Shown one piece after another: positions 20,836-31,611 of a DNA stretch of 64,000 nucleotides (the first letter of the stretch is position 1; each line of letters opens with the position of its first letter). The notes beneath the pieces were generated by a model that was not told where the DNA came from, did no database searches, and worked only from the letters and a program-made list of their open reading frames with translations. The position numbers and the translations under genes are program-made. The stretch is taken from positions 248,001 to 312,000 of the IMG/VR virus record IMGVR_UViG_3300017963_000188. The stretch is one strand, 5' to 3'.

Positions 20836-23800
20836 ATGGCTATAAGTGCTCCAGAGATATATTTACCAGATGGGTCAGAAACCTCGACCTATATTGTATT
20901 TTCTTCTAATGTGAGAGAGCATTTTTTTGAAGGTTTTGTTGATCCCAACACAATTGATGTTCAGGTGCAGATAAGAGGTGGTGGTTTTGTTTCTGATCCT
21001 ACTTTAGTCTATTTGGATCTTCCTAATTTTACAATCCCAAATCCTGCTAGTTATCCAGATGGTCTTTCTTTACTACCTGGTGAAAATCGTATTGATATTC
21101 GAGCTATTGATGTTGGTGGTAATACTAGTTCTGTGTCTTCAATTCTTGTCACGTATGTTACTGATAAAGAACTTTCTCTTCAAGTCACAGCTCCTACGGG
21201 TATCACTGTATTCCGACACAAAGATAAGGTCACATTAGCTACTACTCAGAACCCAGAATCAGAAGTGGTAGGGTATAACTTTTATGCTTCTAGGGAGAGT
21301 GGTGGTACTGTTACAGGTTATTTCAAACTTAATGATGAGTTAGTCACAGATAGTTATCTTGAGACTGAGGATGTAGATACTCATGATGAGGAAATTTCCT
21401 TCACACATGAAAATAATTTCCTCAGGATAACGGTGCAAGAAGAAGATGAAGATGGTGTCTTGGTACGAGAAATTTCAGATTCTGTTGTTGATATGGCAGA
21501 TGCTATTCCAGACCAGATTCTTTCTCTTGACCTCACTGGTAAGAAATCTGCCCAGCATTTCTATTTTGACCATGACCGGTTGGCTGAAGAAGCAGATGGC
21601 ACAATAAATAATGATCAGTTCCTCGATATCCCTGATGATCAACCTCTGTATTATGTTATTACGGCAGTTGGTTATGATTCGAGATATCGTGAGTATGTAG
21701 AGAGTAAGTATAGTTCTGAATTGGTAGGGTTACCTCTGATCATTGACACTACTATCAAGGATATGACCCCCAGGACAAGTCAGGACATTATCCTTTCTGA
21801 GATAGAGCAAATCCAGAAGCATGATCCTTCTGTTAGCTTGATACCTGGTTCATCTACTAGAGATATACACTTAGATCCACCTGCTACTGAGATAGAACGT
21901 GTGAGTTTCATAGCAGACTTCATTCATAGGTCACAGAGCTTCTTAACATTGATGGCTCTTGATGATGCTGATGGGGATGGTATCAGTGATGATGTGAGTG
22001 TCTCACCATATAAGAGAGCTTTGAAGAGTGCTCTTCTTTTGGATCGTGATGAGGATGTTCAGATCATCATTGATGATGCATTTGATAAAAAAGCTGGTGA
22101 CTATTACGTCACTAGACAAGGGGCTATTAGATCTATAGGACAGGCTGTTTTTTACCTTACCACTAAACCCACTAGAGACCTGGTGGTTGAACGTGGTGCT
22201 ATTATAGCAACTACTCCTGATGAGGAATTAGGTATCCCAGCTTTCTCATATGAAGTGACAAGTCAAGTCACTATGGCTATTGATAATGTAGATTCCTATT
22301 ATAATGCTTCAAGAAGACGCTGGGAAATTGTTGCTAATATCAGGGCTCTAGATTCAGGTTCAGATGGCAACCGTCCCGCTAACCAGATCAACAAGGTAGT
22401 ATCAGGAGCTTCTGGCTTCTCTGTGATCAACCTTGAGCCGACCCAATGGGGTTCTGATATTGAGAGTAATAGTTCTCTTGCAGAACGATCTATGTTAGCT
22501 CTTGTGTCTGTGGACTCTGGTACAACAGGTGGTTATTTGGCTACTGCTAACAAAACTCCTGGTGTGCAAGAGGCTTTGATAATCGAAGCTGACAATGATC
22601 TGATGATGCGTGATTGGGATGATGTTAGAGACAAGCATATTGGTGGCAAGGTTGATATTTGGATCAAAGGTCTAAATGAACAGGAAGTTACAGATACATT
22701 TGCATTCCTGTTTGATATAAAAGAGAATCAGGCTTTTGATATTATTGATGCTGTGAACCTTGTTTTCAGATCTACTGATAGCAATTTGTCTGAAGATAAT
22801 CCAATATCTGAAATGCTTGATGACCCTTCAAAAGGATGGGGTTTCAGAAATATCACTAAAGGGACTGACTTTGATTTGGCTGGAGTAACCATCCAGGATT
22901 ATAGAACCATCCAATTGGATAATGGTATCAGCCAACCAACATTCGATGTAGATGATGTGATTGTTGGTGATTATCGATTCCAGTCTACAAATACCTTCAC
23001 ACCGACTCGACAACCTGTGAGAAGAATTGTGAGTGTTGTGGGTGAGGTATCAGGGACTTTGGATGCTACAAATGGGTATGAATTGTATAAGTTAGATGAC
23101 CCTCTTCTTTATGGTGAGAGTACCAAGGCAAATGATTATGTTAAGGTTATCCCATATGGTGGACTTCCATCAGGTGCTGTTATTTCAGTGAATGATGAAT
23201 CTCATATCTTGGTTGGTACTAGACATGAGCCGTTAGATTCAATTGGTGTGGACATCACATCTATTCGGGTATTCAACGTAGCCAGAACTATTGAGTATGA
23301 TGGTCCTGAATCTTCGAGTCCAGATTATTTGATTTCACCAGGGTCTTCAACTGAGCCAACAACTATTGTGAGGGTGTCTTCTGGAACTATTGCTAATGGT
23401 CAGGAAGTAAGTGTTGACTATCAACATGACGAGAATTTTGAGGTTCGTTATGTAGTGAATGACCTGATTCGTCAGGTGCAAGAAAACATATCTGTGAAGA
23501 AACATACTACAGCAGATGCTTTGGTAAAACAGGCTATAGAGAATTCCATCAATATTGAAAACACAGTTATTCTTGAGTACGGTGTGGATCGACCACAAAC
23601 AGATTCAAAGATAAGAACCAGGGTTGCTCAAGAAATTAATAGTCGTCCAATTGGTGGTGGTATCAGGCAAAGTGATGTGATCCATGTTGAGGAGGCTGTT
23701 TCAGGAGTTGATTATGTGATCGTTCCATTTTCTCAAATGGTTTGGGCTGACGGTTCTCAGATTCTCAGGAATCCATTGCTGAGTAACTATGTAGAACTTT

Positions 23801-24264
23801 CTTCCCTGCATGCTGGTACAAATAAAGCTTATATTCTTATCACAGCTCTGAATGCATCAACAACAGATGGTGGTGGAGCAACTTCACGGCATAGAGGTGT
23901 TTTCCAAGATGATCAGCCAATGGAGTTGGTGACTACTTTAGCTAATGTGACAACTTCTCCCGATCAATCCTTTATAATTGGTAAGGATGGGGCTTCAATC
24001 ACAGGGTATTCAGACGATGCCACTCTTATCAGTGAAGGGTATACTGATGCAGATGAGATTGAGGAAGAAAGAAAGAACCGAACAGGTAATAGAGTGGTTG
24101 TTTCTTTGACCTCCATACCTGAAGATGACTTACCAACAGACCATACATACACTTGCTCATATGTTGTGAGTGGTGACTCTGGAGCAAGAGATTTGACAGC
24201 CAATAAGCTGGAATCTATTACGGTAGGTAACTTCAATATTATCTACAGTGAGGAATCATTATAA
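20836..24264 (+). CDS. Baseplate J-like (gp6-like) wedge protein with N-terminal Ig/FN3-like domains
   Basis: 1142 aa. J-like motifs SLIPGSSTRDIHLDP, ANIRALDSGSDGN, GSDIESNSSLAER, GGYLATANKTPGVQEALI. N-terminal LSLLPGENRIDIRAIDVGGNTS (Ig-like) and APTG...VVGYNFY...YYVITAV (FN3-like). Confidence 0.75.
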   Translation: MAISAPEIYLPDGSETSTYIVFSSNVREHFFEGFVDPNTIDVQVQIRGGGFVSDPTLVYLDLPNFTIPNPASYPDGLSLLPGENRIDIRAIDVGGNTSSVSSILVTYVTDKELSLQVTAPTGITVFRHKDKVTLATTQNPESEVVGYNFYASRESGGTVTGYFKLNDELVTDSYLETEDVDTHDEEISFTHENNFLRITVQEEDEDGVLVREISDSVVDMADAIPDQILSLDLTGKKSAQHFYFDHDRLAEEADGTINNDQFLDIPDDQPLYYVITAVGYDSRYREYVESKYSSELVGLPLIIDTTIKDMTPRTSQDIILSEIEQIQKHDPSVSLIPGSSTRDIHLDPPATEIERVSFIADFIHRSQSFLTLMALDDADGDGISDDVSVSPYKRALKSALLLDRDEDVQIIIDDAFDKKAGDYYVTRQGAIRSIGQAVFYLTTKPTRDLVVERGAIIATTPDEELGIPAFSYEVTSQVTMAIDNVDSYYNASRRRWEIVANIRALDSGSDGNRPANQINKVVSGASGFSVINLEPTQWGSDIESNSSLAERSMLALVSVDSGTTGGYLATANKTPGVQEALIIEADNDLMMRDWDDVRDKHIGGKVDIWIKGLNEQEVTDTFAFLFDIKENQAFDIIDAVNLVFRSTDSNLSEDNPISEMLDDPSKGWGFRNITKGTDFDLAGVTIQDYRTIQLDNGISQPTFDVDDVIVGDYRFQSTNTFTPTRQPVRRIVSVVGEVSGTLDATNGYELYKLDDPLLYGESTKANDYVKVIPYGGLPSGAVISVNDESHILVGTRHEPLDSIGVDITSIRVFNVARTIEYDGPESSSPDYLISPGSSTEPTTIVRVSSGTIANGQEVSVDYQHDENFEVRYVVNDLIRQVQENISVKKHTTADALVKQAIENSINIENTVILEYGVDRPQTDSKIRTRVAQEINSRPIGGGIRQSDVIHVEEAVSGVDYVIVPFSQMVWADGSQILRNPLLSNYVELSSLHAGTNKAYILITALNASTTDGGGATSRHRGVFQDDQPMELVTTLANVTTSPDQSFIIGKDGASITGYSDDATLISEGYTDADEIEEERKNRTGNRVVVSLTSIPEDDLPTDHTYTCSYVVSGDSGARDLTANKLESITVGNFNIIYSEESL

Positions 24265-25064
24265 TGACAAATATGCTCCAAAGTCCATATCCATTGGTAG
24301 ATGATGGGAAGCAGTATCGTACCAGATTGAAAGCTGAGGCAGACCAGATTTTATCAAATCTGTTAGCTATGCTTCCTTCATATTACATGTCGGAGACTCC
24401 ATCTACAAATTATGCTTTGGAACTTCGAGCTTTTGCAATAGAGCTAGCGAAAATCAAAATTACATTGGATGACATTTCAACAGATGGTAATTTTATAAAT
24501 ACACGTTCAGAGTTTCTATATCAAATCATTGGGTACTTGATTTTCTTGAATGGTCAACTTCCCACTACTGAATTTAATGACCATGAATTCAAAGAGTTTC
24601 TATTAGCTATCATCAAGATCTATTTTCAAGGTTCTACCACTCAATCTATTCAAGATGGTATCCAGTTATTTACTGATCGTGTTGTGACTATTGTGGAGAA
24701 TTACTTAGAAGTGGAAGCTGGTGCTGAAGGATATGATATCAGTGACCAGTTCACGTTTGGTGTGAATTTTGAAATAGAGGGTGAAGAGATCCCTCAAGAC
24801 TTTGTGACTCTTGATGCAAATATTAACTTGATACTTAGGATCATAAAACCTGCACACACACTGTTTCGGATCAGATATATATTTTCTGATGATTTTGACA
24901 CTACAGATCCCGTTGATGGGGTCTCTGATGAGTATCGGTTTGAATTGAGCGATTATCATTATGATGATGTAAGGAAGAACTGGTTTGGTCTCAAAGATAA
25001 AGACCGACTAGGAGCAAAGGAAGAAGAGAGTGTGATTGGGGAAGATGTTTCGTACCAATTTTAA
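24264..25064 (+). CDS. Baseplate wedge protein, gpI/DUF2313-like
   Basis: 266 aa. LRIIKPAHTLF (KPAH motif). Directly follows the J-like gene with TAATG coupling. Confidence 0.65.
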   Translation: MTNMLQSPYPLVDDGKQYRTRLKAEADQILSNLLAMLPSYYMSETPSTNYALELRAFAIELAKIKITLDDISTDGNFINTRSEFLYQIIGYLIFLNGQLPTTEFNDHEFKEFLLAIIKIYFQGSTTQSIQDGIQLFTDRVVTIVENYLEVEAGAEGYDISDQFTFGVNFEIEGEEIPQDFVTLDANINLILRIIKPAHTLFRIRYIFSDDFDTTDPVDGVSDEYRFELSDYHYDDVRKNWFGLKDKDRLGAKEEESVIGEDVSYQF

Positions 25065-25074
25065 TGAGTGAGAT

Positions 25075-28000
25075 ATGACTACTTATGACACAACTGGGAA
25101 CCCTATTTTACCTGCTGGGGTAGAAGAATTTTTAGATGGGAACCCCTCTACTTTCATAGACCGATTCATTCGCACTAGGTTTGGACCTATTGTTAAGGGT
25201 GATGGCGAGGGGAAGATTGCAGATGATCCTTCAGATGTGACTGTCCTGGTGAATAGTACCCCAGCTACTGTAAAGGCTGTACTAGGTCTTATCGGTATTG
25301 TGGTTTTGGAGGATGCACCATTACCAACTGATACAGTAAAGATTTGGTATGATCATTTAAGTCGTCCACGAGTTGAGTTTAGGCGTTTGAATTCAGTTGA
25401 GTTTGTCTTAAATGCAGATGGTAATAGAGCTTGGGGTTATCAGCGATATCTTTATGAGAATGTGTTGATAGATCCTTCTATTGACAATCCTCTTGGTTTC
25501 CAAGGAGGTGCTGTAGGTACTGATCCAGAGCTTTTTGGATACTTCTATCGAGCCTATGAAAGAGCATATTCCATAGCTCTGAATGACCCAAATCTGTTGT
25601 TGTTGAATTCACCACACCATCGTATCGCATATCCTCCATTTTCGAGAGGTCTTTACGAGACTTTGGTGAGCTATGATGGTAATGTTCTTCCAGAGAATCA
25701 TGTCACTTATCCATGGGATTCTGCTGGTTCAGGGATATCTTCTGTAGATGGTCGTTTGACCATTGAAGATAACAGTAGTGGAGCTTTTCCCACAGGGAAA
25801 GGTTACTATTACTATCGTCCAGAAGACCTTTCATTTCAGTATACAATGTCGTTTTCATATCGTTCAAAAGTGACATCTTATACTTTGACAGGTTGTTTTT
25901 CAGGGGTGGCTTCTGGGTTCATTGATGGTAGGAATCTTTGTCTCATAGCATGTATAGAAGATTCTGGTACAAAATATATTGGCATACTGAAAAAAGGTGG
26001 CGATGAAACAATATTTTCATCTTATGAAAGTTATGAGTTGGATTGGAGTGAGTATCATATCTTCAGACTATATCGTACCATTGATCAGGTGCGTCTTTAT
26101 GTAGATGGTGGTGCTGCACCAATACTTACTGTTTCCACTTCTGACTTAGCTGATCCCAATGAATTAGAACTCCAGATTGACTTTATAACGGGAACATTTT
26201 TTGGGAGTATGAGCCGGAATTCAGTCAATGTTTCTGAATGGGATTATCTAAGATATCTGATTACTCCTATCTCTCCAAGTGAGTCGGCTCATTATGTTAA
26301 TGTCTTGTATGAGGCAAATTCTCTTCCTACTGAGGCAGGTTCACCTTGGTTTAAGATAGGGGCATTTGGAACTGAGAGATTACTTGGTATCGAAACTCTT
26401 TTGTTGAACAAGATATCAGCTTCTGAAGAGCCATATTCTTCTGAGGGAGGTTTAATTTCGGGGGAAGTGTTTGGGTATCATCGACCCGAACCATTCCTCT
26501 CATCTCAATCTGTGCTCGCTTTAGACTGGAAAGTGAGAGGGTATAGTTGGACTCATGGTGTTTCTGAGAGATCTCTAGGTGTATTTGCAAATGATTATGA
26601 TAGGCTATTAGCTATATCATTCTTCTCAGATGTTGAATTACCATTGTTATCATATAATGGGCAAGTTACTCCTGATACTGATCCAGAAACTCCTTGGACA
26701 CCAACTGGAACAGCTACAATTGAGGTGGTAGATAATATCCTCAATATAGATGATAGTTCTGATACTGGAGGTATCTTATATGGCAGAGAAGATGTAGCTA
26801 ATAATATTCTGGGGCATGATCAGAATTATATCTATGAATTCAGAGCAAAGGTAAATTCATATTCAGCAGATCCTTCTGGGTTTATAGGTGTCTTGACTGA
26901 AATTTTTGATGGTGTGCCTGGTACTGACTCTGGTCCTTTGATTGCTAGTCTCACAGATCTTCCTGTATCAGATAGTTTGACAGTTACAGGGCTGTTTAGT
27001 CCTGATGATGTAGATAAATATGTTACAGTCACCAATTCGACTCAAGGTAATAATGGTACTTATCAAATTGTAAGTTATATTTCAGCAGATCAGGTTCAGG
27101 TATCACCTTCATTCCCAGGTACAATTCCTGAGACAGGAACTGGTGTTCGAGCAAATATGTTAGGGGGGTATCCTGGTCGTAACATACAAGTGATGTTGAG
27201 AGAAGAAGGTGGTGGGACCAAGGTAATTTCATTCGCTTCTGAAGGCACTGTTTTATCTTCTATAGCTTTTACTTGGAACGATAGTGAATTTCATACCTAT
27301 CGAGTCATTGTCAATCAAGATAGTGACCTAGTAATGCTTATGGTTGACGGTCTTTCAAAGGGAACATTGGCCTATACTTCTTTCACTGAGAGTGCTGGTG
27401 ATACTGCTTATTTTGAGTTTGGATCTTCTGGTCCTTCATCTGATGAGTCCATTTCTAATGTTGATTGGGATTATTTCAATTCATATCCCATAAGAAGTTC
27501 GAGTAATGAATATGTTGGTATTTACAAGGGTGGTGATGTCACCGATATAGATAATTATGAGAAAGTATCTGTAGATTTCTCTTCTTATCATGAATATAGA
27601 GTAGTCAGAGATCCTAATGGCTCAGTTAGTCTTTTCATTGATGGGGCTTTAGCTATTTCATTTTCTTATCTGGATTTGCCGGATGCTTATGGCACATTCT
27701 TTGATATTGAAGGTGGGGCTGGATCTGGGGTGTATTGGGGTTCTTTTGACGAGTCAGCTCTTGTTTTAAGTGAGTGGGATTATCTCAGATTCACTATTGC
27801 TGGTGCTAAGGGATTTGATGTCATAGCACCTCACCATGAAATCTTGAATCAACAGAATGTCATTGCAAGTCCAGATCATATTTATGGTGATGTGGCAGAT
27901 CATAGCCATACCAATTTCTTGTCTTCTTCTACTGGTATCCCCACTCCTATAGAAGATTATTATGATAAAAAAGAAGTGATTGATGCTTACACTCAGTTGA

Positions 28001-30051
28001 ATCAAGACACACCTCCTGTGCCATTGACAGAAGAGGCGTTTCTTACAAAAGTTGAGTCTTTTATTGTAGTTCTTAATGACCCATTGTTTGTACTTAATGA
28101 CTTTAAGTTCTTAATCAATGATGCTTCTAAATCAGTTGAACTGCAAGTCAACGAACGAGGGCTTTACAATGCTCTTGATCTTAGGTCAAAGACTACAGGA
28201 AATATTGACGACCATATCTACCCAGCTTTTGACAAGGGTTTGGGAGAGATGGAAATTGATTTCACTGGCACTCTTTGTTTTGAGTATGATGGTACTGTTG
28301 TACCTGAAGATACAGTTTATCCAAGTGGAGTTCCAGATTGGGGGTTAGAAGGGACTAGTGACTACCAATCATATGCTTCTGATGGTAAATTGACATTTTC
28401 AAGTTGGGGTTCTGGAACAAAGAGTTACGTAAATTACAACCCTATATTTGGAGCTAGGTTCCCAGTTGACCTTGAATTTTCATTAAAGGTTACACAAGAT
28501 ATTTCTTCTGGAGCTGGGGACACTCTGATTAGATTTGAGCTGCGAAACGATGTGTTTCCGATTCGATTTGGTTTGGCAACATCTCCATTAGGAGAGAAAC
28601 TTGTAAAACTGTTTAGTGTGTCTCTTCCAAGTGAAGAGGAATCTATCATCGGTAATATTAGTTTCAATTGGGATGATGGTAGTGCTCATATCTTCAAACT
28701 TCACATTAATCCTTATTATGAAATGATAAAGATCTTTATTGATAATGGTGAAAGATCTTATATGGACATACCATTTTCAAGGCTAGAAGAGTTCCCATCA
28801 AGCATTACAGACACTACTTCTTTGAGATTTACACCAAAAGTAGATGTTGCAAATCTGAATCTTTCAGAAATTGAGATTGACTATATCAATTTCTGTGTGG
28901 CTAGAAATGATAGTTATGAAATACCAGTTCCTATAGATCCACGATTCTTTTATCTCAATGCCTATGATGATTTCACATATTCAGGTGGTTCTGGATATAC
29001 TGTCTTGGCTAAGAGTCTCATGAATTCTACTGATTCAATTATGTACCCAGGTTCTAAATTCAGTGAGGCTTTTCCATCGACTAGTATTGATGGTCAGATA
29101 GAAGAGATTTATGATGCTATTGATGACTTTGTGGTTCAAGATGAAGTCGTTTTGACATATCCCTTTGGTGGCAACCGTATGAATGACCCAGATAGCACTA
29201 TGGAATTAGATATGGTTACTGGGTTCTTGTTGAATGATGCTACACCAGGGTATTCTGAATATCCTCTTGTTTTAAATCCTTTGATTGATGATGTTTGGTT
29301 TGATTCTATAACAATTGATGGATCTGGTTTGATATATGGTTCTCCCAATGGTGATCATGGGACTCATAGTGTAATCATCACTGGAGATGGGGCTCGGACC
29401 TTGACTGGCCCAGATATCATATCTGGTGGTGGTACATGGACAGACACTCAGATTTACATACCAAATTCATTGGTTCCAGGGATTAATATTGGATCTACTG
29501 ATGTGAAAGTTATCATTGGTAGTTATGAGAGTAATGTTGAAGTATTGAAATCAAGGATTGTTCCCGCTGCTGATCCAACTTCAGATGTCTCCAGTGGATC
29601 GTATGACTCAGCTCAAAGTGTCACCTTATCAACTACAACTCCTGGAGTAGATATTTGGTACACTCTTGATGGTAGTGATCCTGTTCCTACTACCAATGGT
29701 ATTCAATACACAACACCTATTGATTTGCCTGGTGACTATAACCCAGGTGAAAGTTACGTCTTAAAGGCTATCACAGCGGGTGATGGTGTTGATTATTCTG
29801 ATAGTAATATCGTTACTTGGAATATTGATATCCTTCTCCCTGAATATGTGGAATTCAGTGCTTCATATAATGACACTGGAGGTGAGCTAGAATCCTTTGA
29901 AGAAACAGCAGATGATACTGGTGATGCTTGGTATTGTCCTTATCTACGGATTCCTGGACTATATACCAGCGATGACCCGCCTGGAGCTTGGGATTTTGCT
30001 ACAGTGACTCAGGGTGATGTTGAAGACTTTGAGACTGGTTGGAGTTTGTAA
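25075..30051 (+). CDS. Large appendage protein with tandem concanavalin A-like domains, IPT/TIG-like and chitobiase/FN3-associated C-terminal domains
   Basis: 1658 aa. Four repeats of W/F..H.YR......V.L.VDG. WTDTQI (IPT/TIG-like). SGSYDSAQSVTLSTTTPGVDIWYTLDGSDP (CHB_HEX_C_1/Fn3-associated pattern). Confidence 0.6.
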   Translation: MTTYDTTGNPILPAGVEEFLDGNPSTFIDRFIRTRFGPIVKGDGEGKIADDPSDVTVLVNSTPATVKAVLGLIGIVVLEDAPLPTDTVKIWYDHLSRPRVEFRRLNSVEFVLNADGNRAWGYQRYLYENVLIDPSIDNPLGFQGGAVGTDPELFGYFYRAYERAYSIALNDPNLLLLNSPHHRIAYPPFSRGLYETLVSYDGNVLPENHVTYPWDSAGSGISSVDGRLTIEDNSSGAFPTGKGYYYYRPEDLSFQYTMSFSYRSKVTSYTLTGCFSGVASGFIDGRNLCLIACIEDSGTKYIGILKKGGDETIFSSYESYELDWSEYHIFRLYRTIDQVRLYVDGGAAPILTVSTSDLADPNELELQIDFITGTFFGSMSRNSVNVSEWDYLRYLITPISPSESAHYVNVLYEANSLPTEAGSPWFKIGAFGTERLLGIETLLLNKISASEEPYSSEGGLISGEVFGYHRPEPFLSSQSVLALDWKVRGYSWTHGVSERSLGVFANDYDRLLAISFFSDVELPLLSYNGQVTPDTDPETPWTPTGTATIEVVDNILNIDDSSDTGGILYGREDVANNILGHDQNYIYEFRAKVNSYSADPSGFIGVLTEIFDGVPGTDSGPLIASLTDLPVSDSLTVTGLFSPDDVDKYVTVTNSTQGNNGTYQIVSYISADQVQVSPSFPGTIPETGTGVRANMLGGYPGRNIQVMLREEGGGTKVISFASEGTVLSSIAFTWNDSEFHTYRVIVNQDSDLVMLMVDGLSKGTLAYTSFTESAGDTAYFEFGSSGPSSDESISNVDWDYFNSYPIRSSSNEYVGIYKGGDVTDIDNYEKVSVDFSSYHEYRVVRDPNGSVSLFIDGALAISFSYLDLPDAYGTFFDIEGGAGSGVYWGSFDESALVLSEWDYLRFTIAGAKGFDVIAPHHEILNQQNVIASPDHIYGDVADHSHTNFLSSSTGIPTPIEDYYDKKEVIDAYTQLNQDTPPVPLTEEAFLTKVESFIVVLNDPLFVLNDFKFLINDASKSVELQVNERGLYNALDLRSKTTGNIDDHIYPAFDKGLGEMEIDFTGTLCFEYDGTVVPEDTVYPSGVPDWGLEGTSDYQSYASDGKLTFSSWGSGTKSYVNYNPIFGARFPVDLEFSLKVTQDISSGAGDTLIRFELRNDVFPIRFGLATSPLGEKLVKLFSVSLPSEEESIIGNISFNWDDGSAHIFKLHINPYYEMIKIFIDNGERSYMDIPFSRLEEFPSSITDTTSLRFTPKVDVANLNLSEIEIDYINFCVARNDSYEIPVPIDPRFFYLNAYDDFTYSGGSGYTVLAKSLMNSTDSIMYPGSKFSEAFPSTSIDGQIEEIYDAIDDFVVQDEVVLTYPFGGNRMNDPDSTMELDMVTGFLLNDATPGYSEYPLVLNPLIDDVWFDSITIDGSGLIYGSPNGDHGTHSVIITGDGARTLTGPDIISGGGTWTDTQIYIPNSLVPGINIGSTDVKVIIGSYESNVEVLKSRIVPAADPTSDVSSGSYDSAQSVTLSTTTPGVDIWYTLDGSDPVPTTNGIQYTTPIDLPGDYNPGESYVLKAITAGDGVDYSDSNIVTWNIDILLPEYVEFSASYNDTGGELESFEETADDTGDAWYCPYLRIPGLYTSDDPPGAWDFATVTQGDVEDFETGWSL

Positions 30052-30052
30052 T

Positions 30053-30820
30053 ATGGCAAAGGCAGATTGGTCTCATTTTTGGACCCCCGGATTTATAGGT
30101 ACTGGTTCTCAAAACTATACTTTTGCAGGTAGAACCAATCTTATAGCACCTGGAGCAGGGTCTTCTAATATAGCTTTTTCAACTGGTAAAGGAGCCTCCC
30201 CAGCAATAGCTGGTTTTCTATATGATGGACCTACAATATCAAAATTCCCAGTTCAGGATGGTATTATCAGTTTTGCTGTCCGTAATGGTGAAAGTGACTA
30301 TATAGTAGGTACAAGCATTATTGGTGGATTGTGTAGATTCCAAGGTCTTTATTCTGGGCAATACTCTGGGACAGATCAAGTGTTGGGGTATATTGTTGGA
30401 ACCAAAATGGCTCAGACTGTCTTCCGTAGCACAACAGCAACAGCAATTTACAAGCTAGTTGGTAGCTCGTCGGCAACACTTGTTGCCGATGCTTTAGCTG
30501 TTTCTACCATTGATGATGGTACTACATATTACATCCAAACAGAGTTTGCATTGAAAAATAATGGGGGTAATGTTGAATTTTACCAACGAAATAATAATAC
30601 AAATACAGGTGTTTTAGGTCCAGAGGATGCTGGATGGTCGTCTTGGAATTTGGTTGCTACTGACACTTCTCCAGGAGCGTTGATAAATCCTGGTTATTGG
30701 GGTTTTGGAGTGTATATGCATACTGGATCAATGACTAGTAGCTCTCGGAATTTTGATAATATCAGGTTTGATGATGTTAGAATAAAGATTGATAATTTAG
30801 GTGATATTGGTGGAGATTAA
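30053..30820 (+). CDS. Beta-rich hypothetical virion protein (remote paralog of next ORF)
   Basis: Likely start ATG 30053 (MAKADWSHF) right after the previous TAA. Aromatic/Gly-rich. Ends FDDVRIKID. Confidence 0.55.
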   Translation: MAKADWSHFWTPGFIGTGSQNYTFAGRTNLIAPGAGSSNIAFSTGKGASPAIAGFLYDGPTISKFPVQDGIISFAVRNGESDYIVGTSIIGGLCRFQGLYSGQYSGTDQVLGYIVGTKMAQTVFRSTTATAIYKLVGSSSATLVADALAVSTIDDGTTYYIQTEFALKNNGGNVEFYQRNNNTNTGVLGPEDAGWSSWNLVATDTSPGALINPGYWGFGVYMHTGSMTSSSRNFDNIRFDDVRIKIDNLGDIGGD

Positions 30821-30825
30821 TAGCA

Positions 30826-31602
30826 ATGTCTCAAAGTGATTGGATATGGGTAGCTTGTGAACCAAGCGGTACTTTTGAGCAAAGTATTGTTGCAAGTAGT
30901 CCTCCTAACTATAGTGGTGGGACAGATTATGGTGCTAATACATTAAGATTCCATGCTGACTTGGCTTCTGCAAGTGCTAATCAATTTTATGGTTATCGTT
31001 ATAATGGGTCTGAAAGTGGTAGACATCATATAGCTCTTTGTGATTTTGCTGTCCGAAAAGAAGGTTTGATGGGTCAGCATGTGTTTCCTGGGTTTTTAAT
31101 CACATATGAGGCTCTATCTGGTAGTGTGGCTCGTGCTGATGTAAAAGGTATTTGGGCAGGTTTGGGGTATTCAGGTAGTGATAATAGATGGATGATGGAT
31201 ATCATTGACAATTGTTATCCATCATCTACATCAATAGCTTGGACAGAACGGTGGGCTTACAATTCAACTGATAATGGTTGGTTTCAAGGGCAGTTTTTGT
31301 TCAGTGCCCATCCAAATGCTTATGGTAAGGTTGGTGGAATACAAGTATTGTTTCGGTATAATGATGCTGCTGGTGGCCCAATCACAGAGCCTGGTAGTGC
31401 AGGTTGGGAAGTGTGGAGAAGATTTGGGTATATTGATTTCTCTCTTTCTAATTTCAGTTCGTTCTATGATTCAGTAGCAAATCTATTGAATAGTGGGTTT
31501 TATGTGTATTTTGGTGCAATTCGTTATGGCTCATATAGCAATACTGGGAGTCATTACATCCAATTTGATCGAGTTCGTATACAATTCCCTTCATTCTCTT
31601 AA
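30826..31602 (+). CDS. Beta-rich hypothetical virion protein
   Basis: 258 aa. Shares MxxxDW start, PxxAGW motif and FDxVRI end with the previous ORF. Confidence 0.55.
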   Translation: MSQSDWIWVACEPSGTFEQSIVASSPPNYSGGTDYGANTLRFHADLASASANQFYGYRYNGSESGRHHIALCDFAVRKEGLMGQHVFPGFLITYEALSGSVARADVKGIWAGLGYSGSDNRWMMDIIDNCYPSSTSIAWTERWAYNSTDNGWFQGQFLFSAHPNAYGKVGGIQVLFRYNDAAGGPITEPGSAGWEVWRRFGYIDFSLSNFSSFYDSVANLLNSGFYVYFGAIRYGSYSNTGSHYIQFDRVRIQFPSFS

Positions 31603-31611
31603 AGGTACGTC

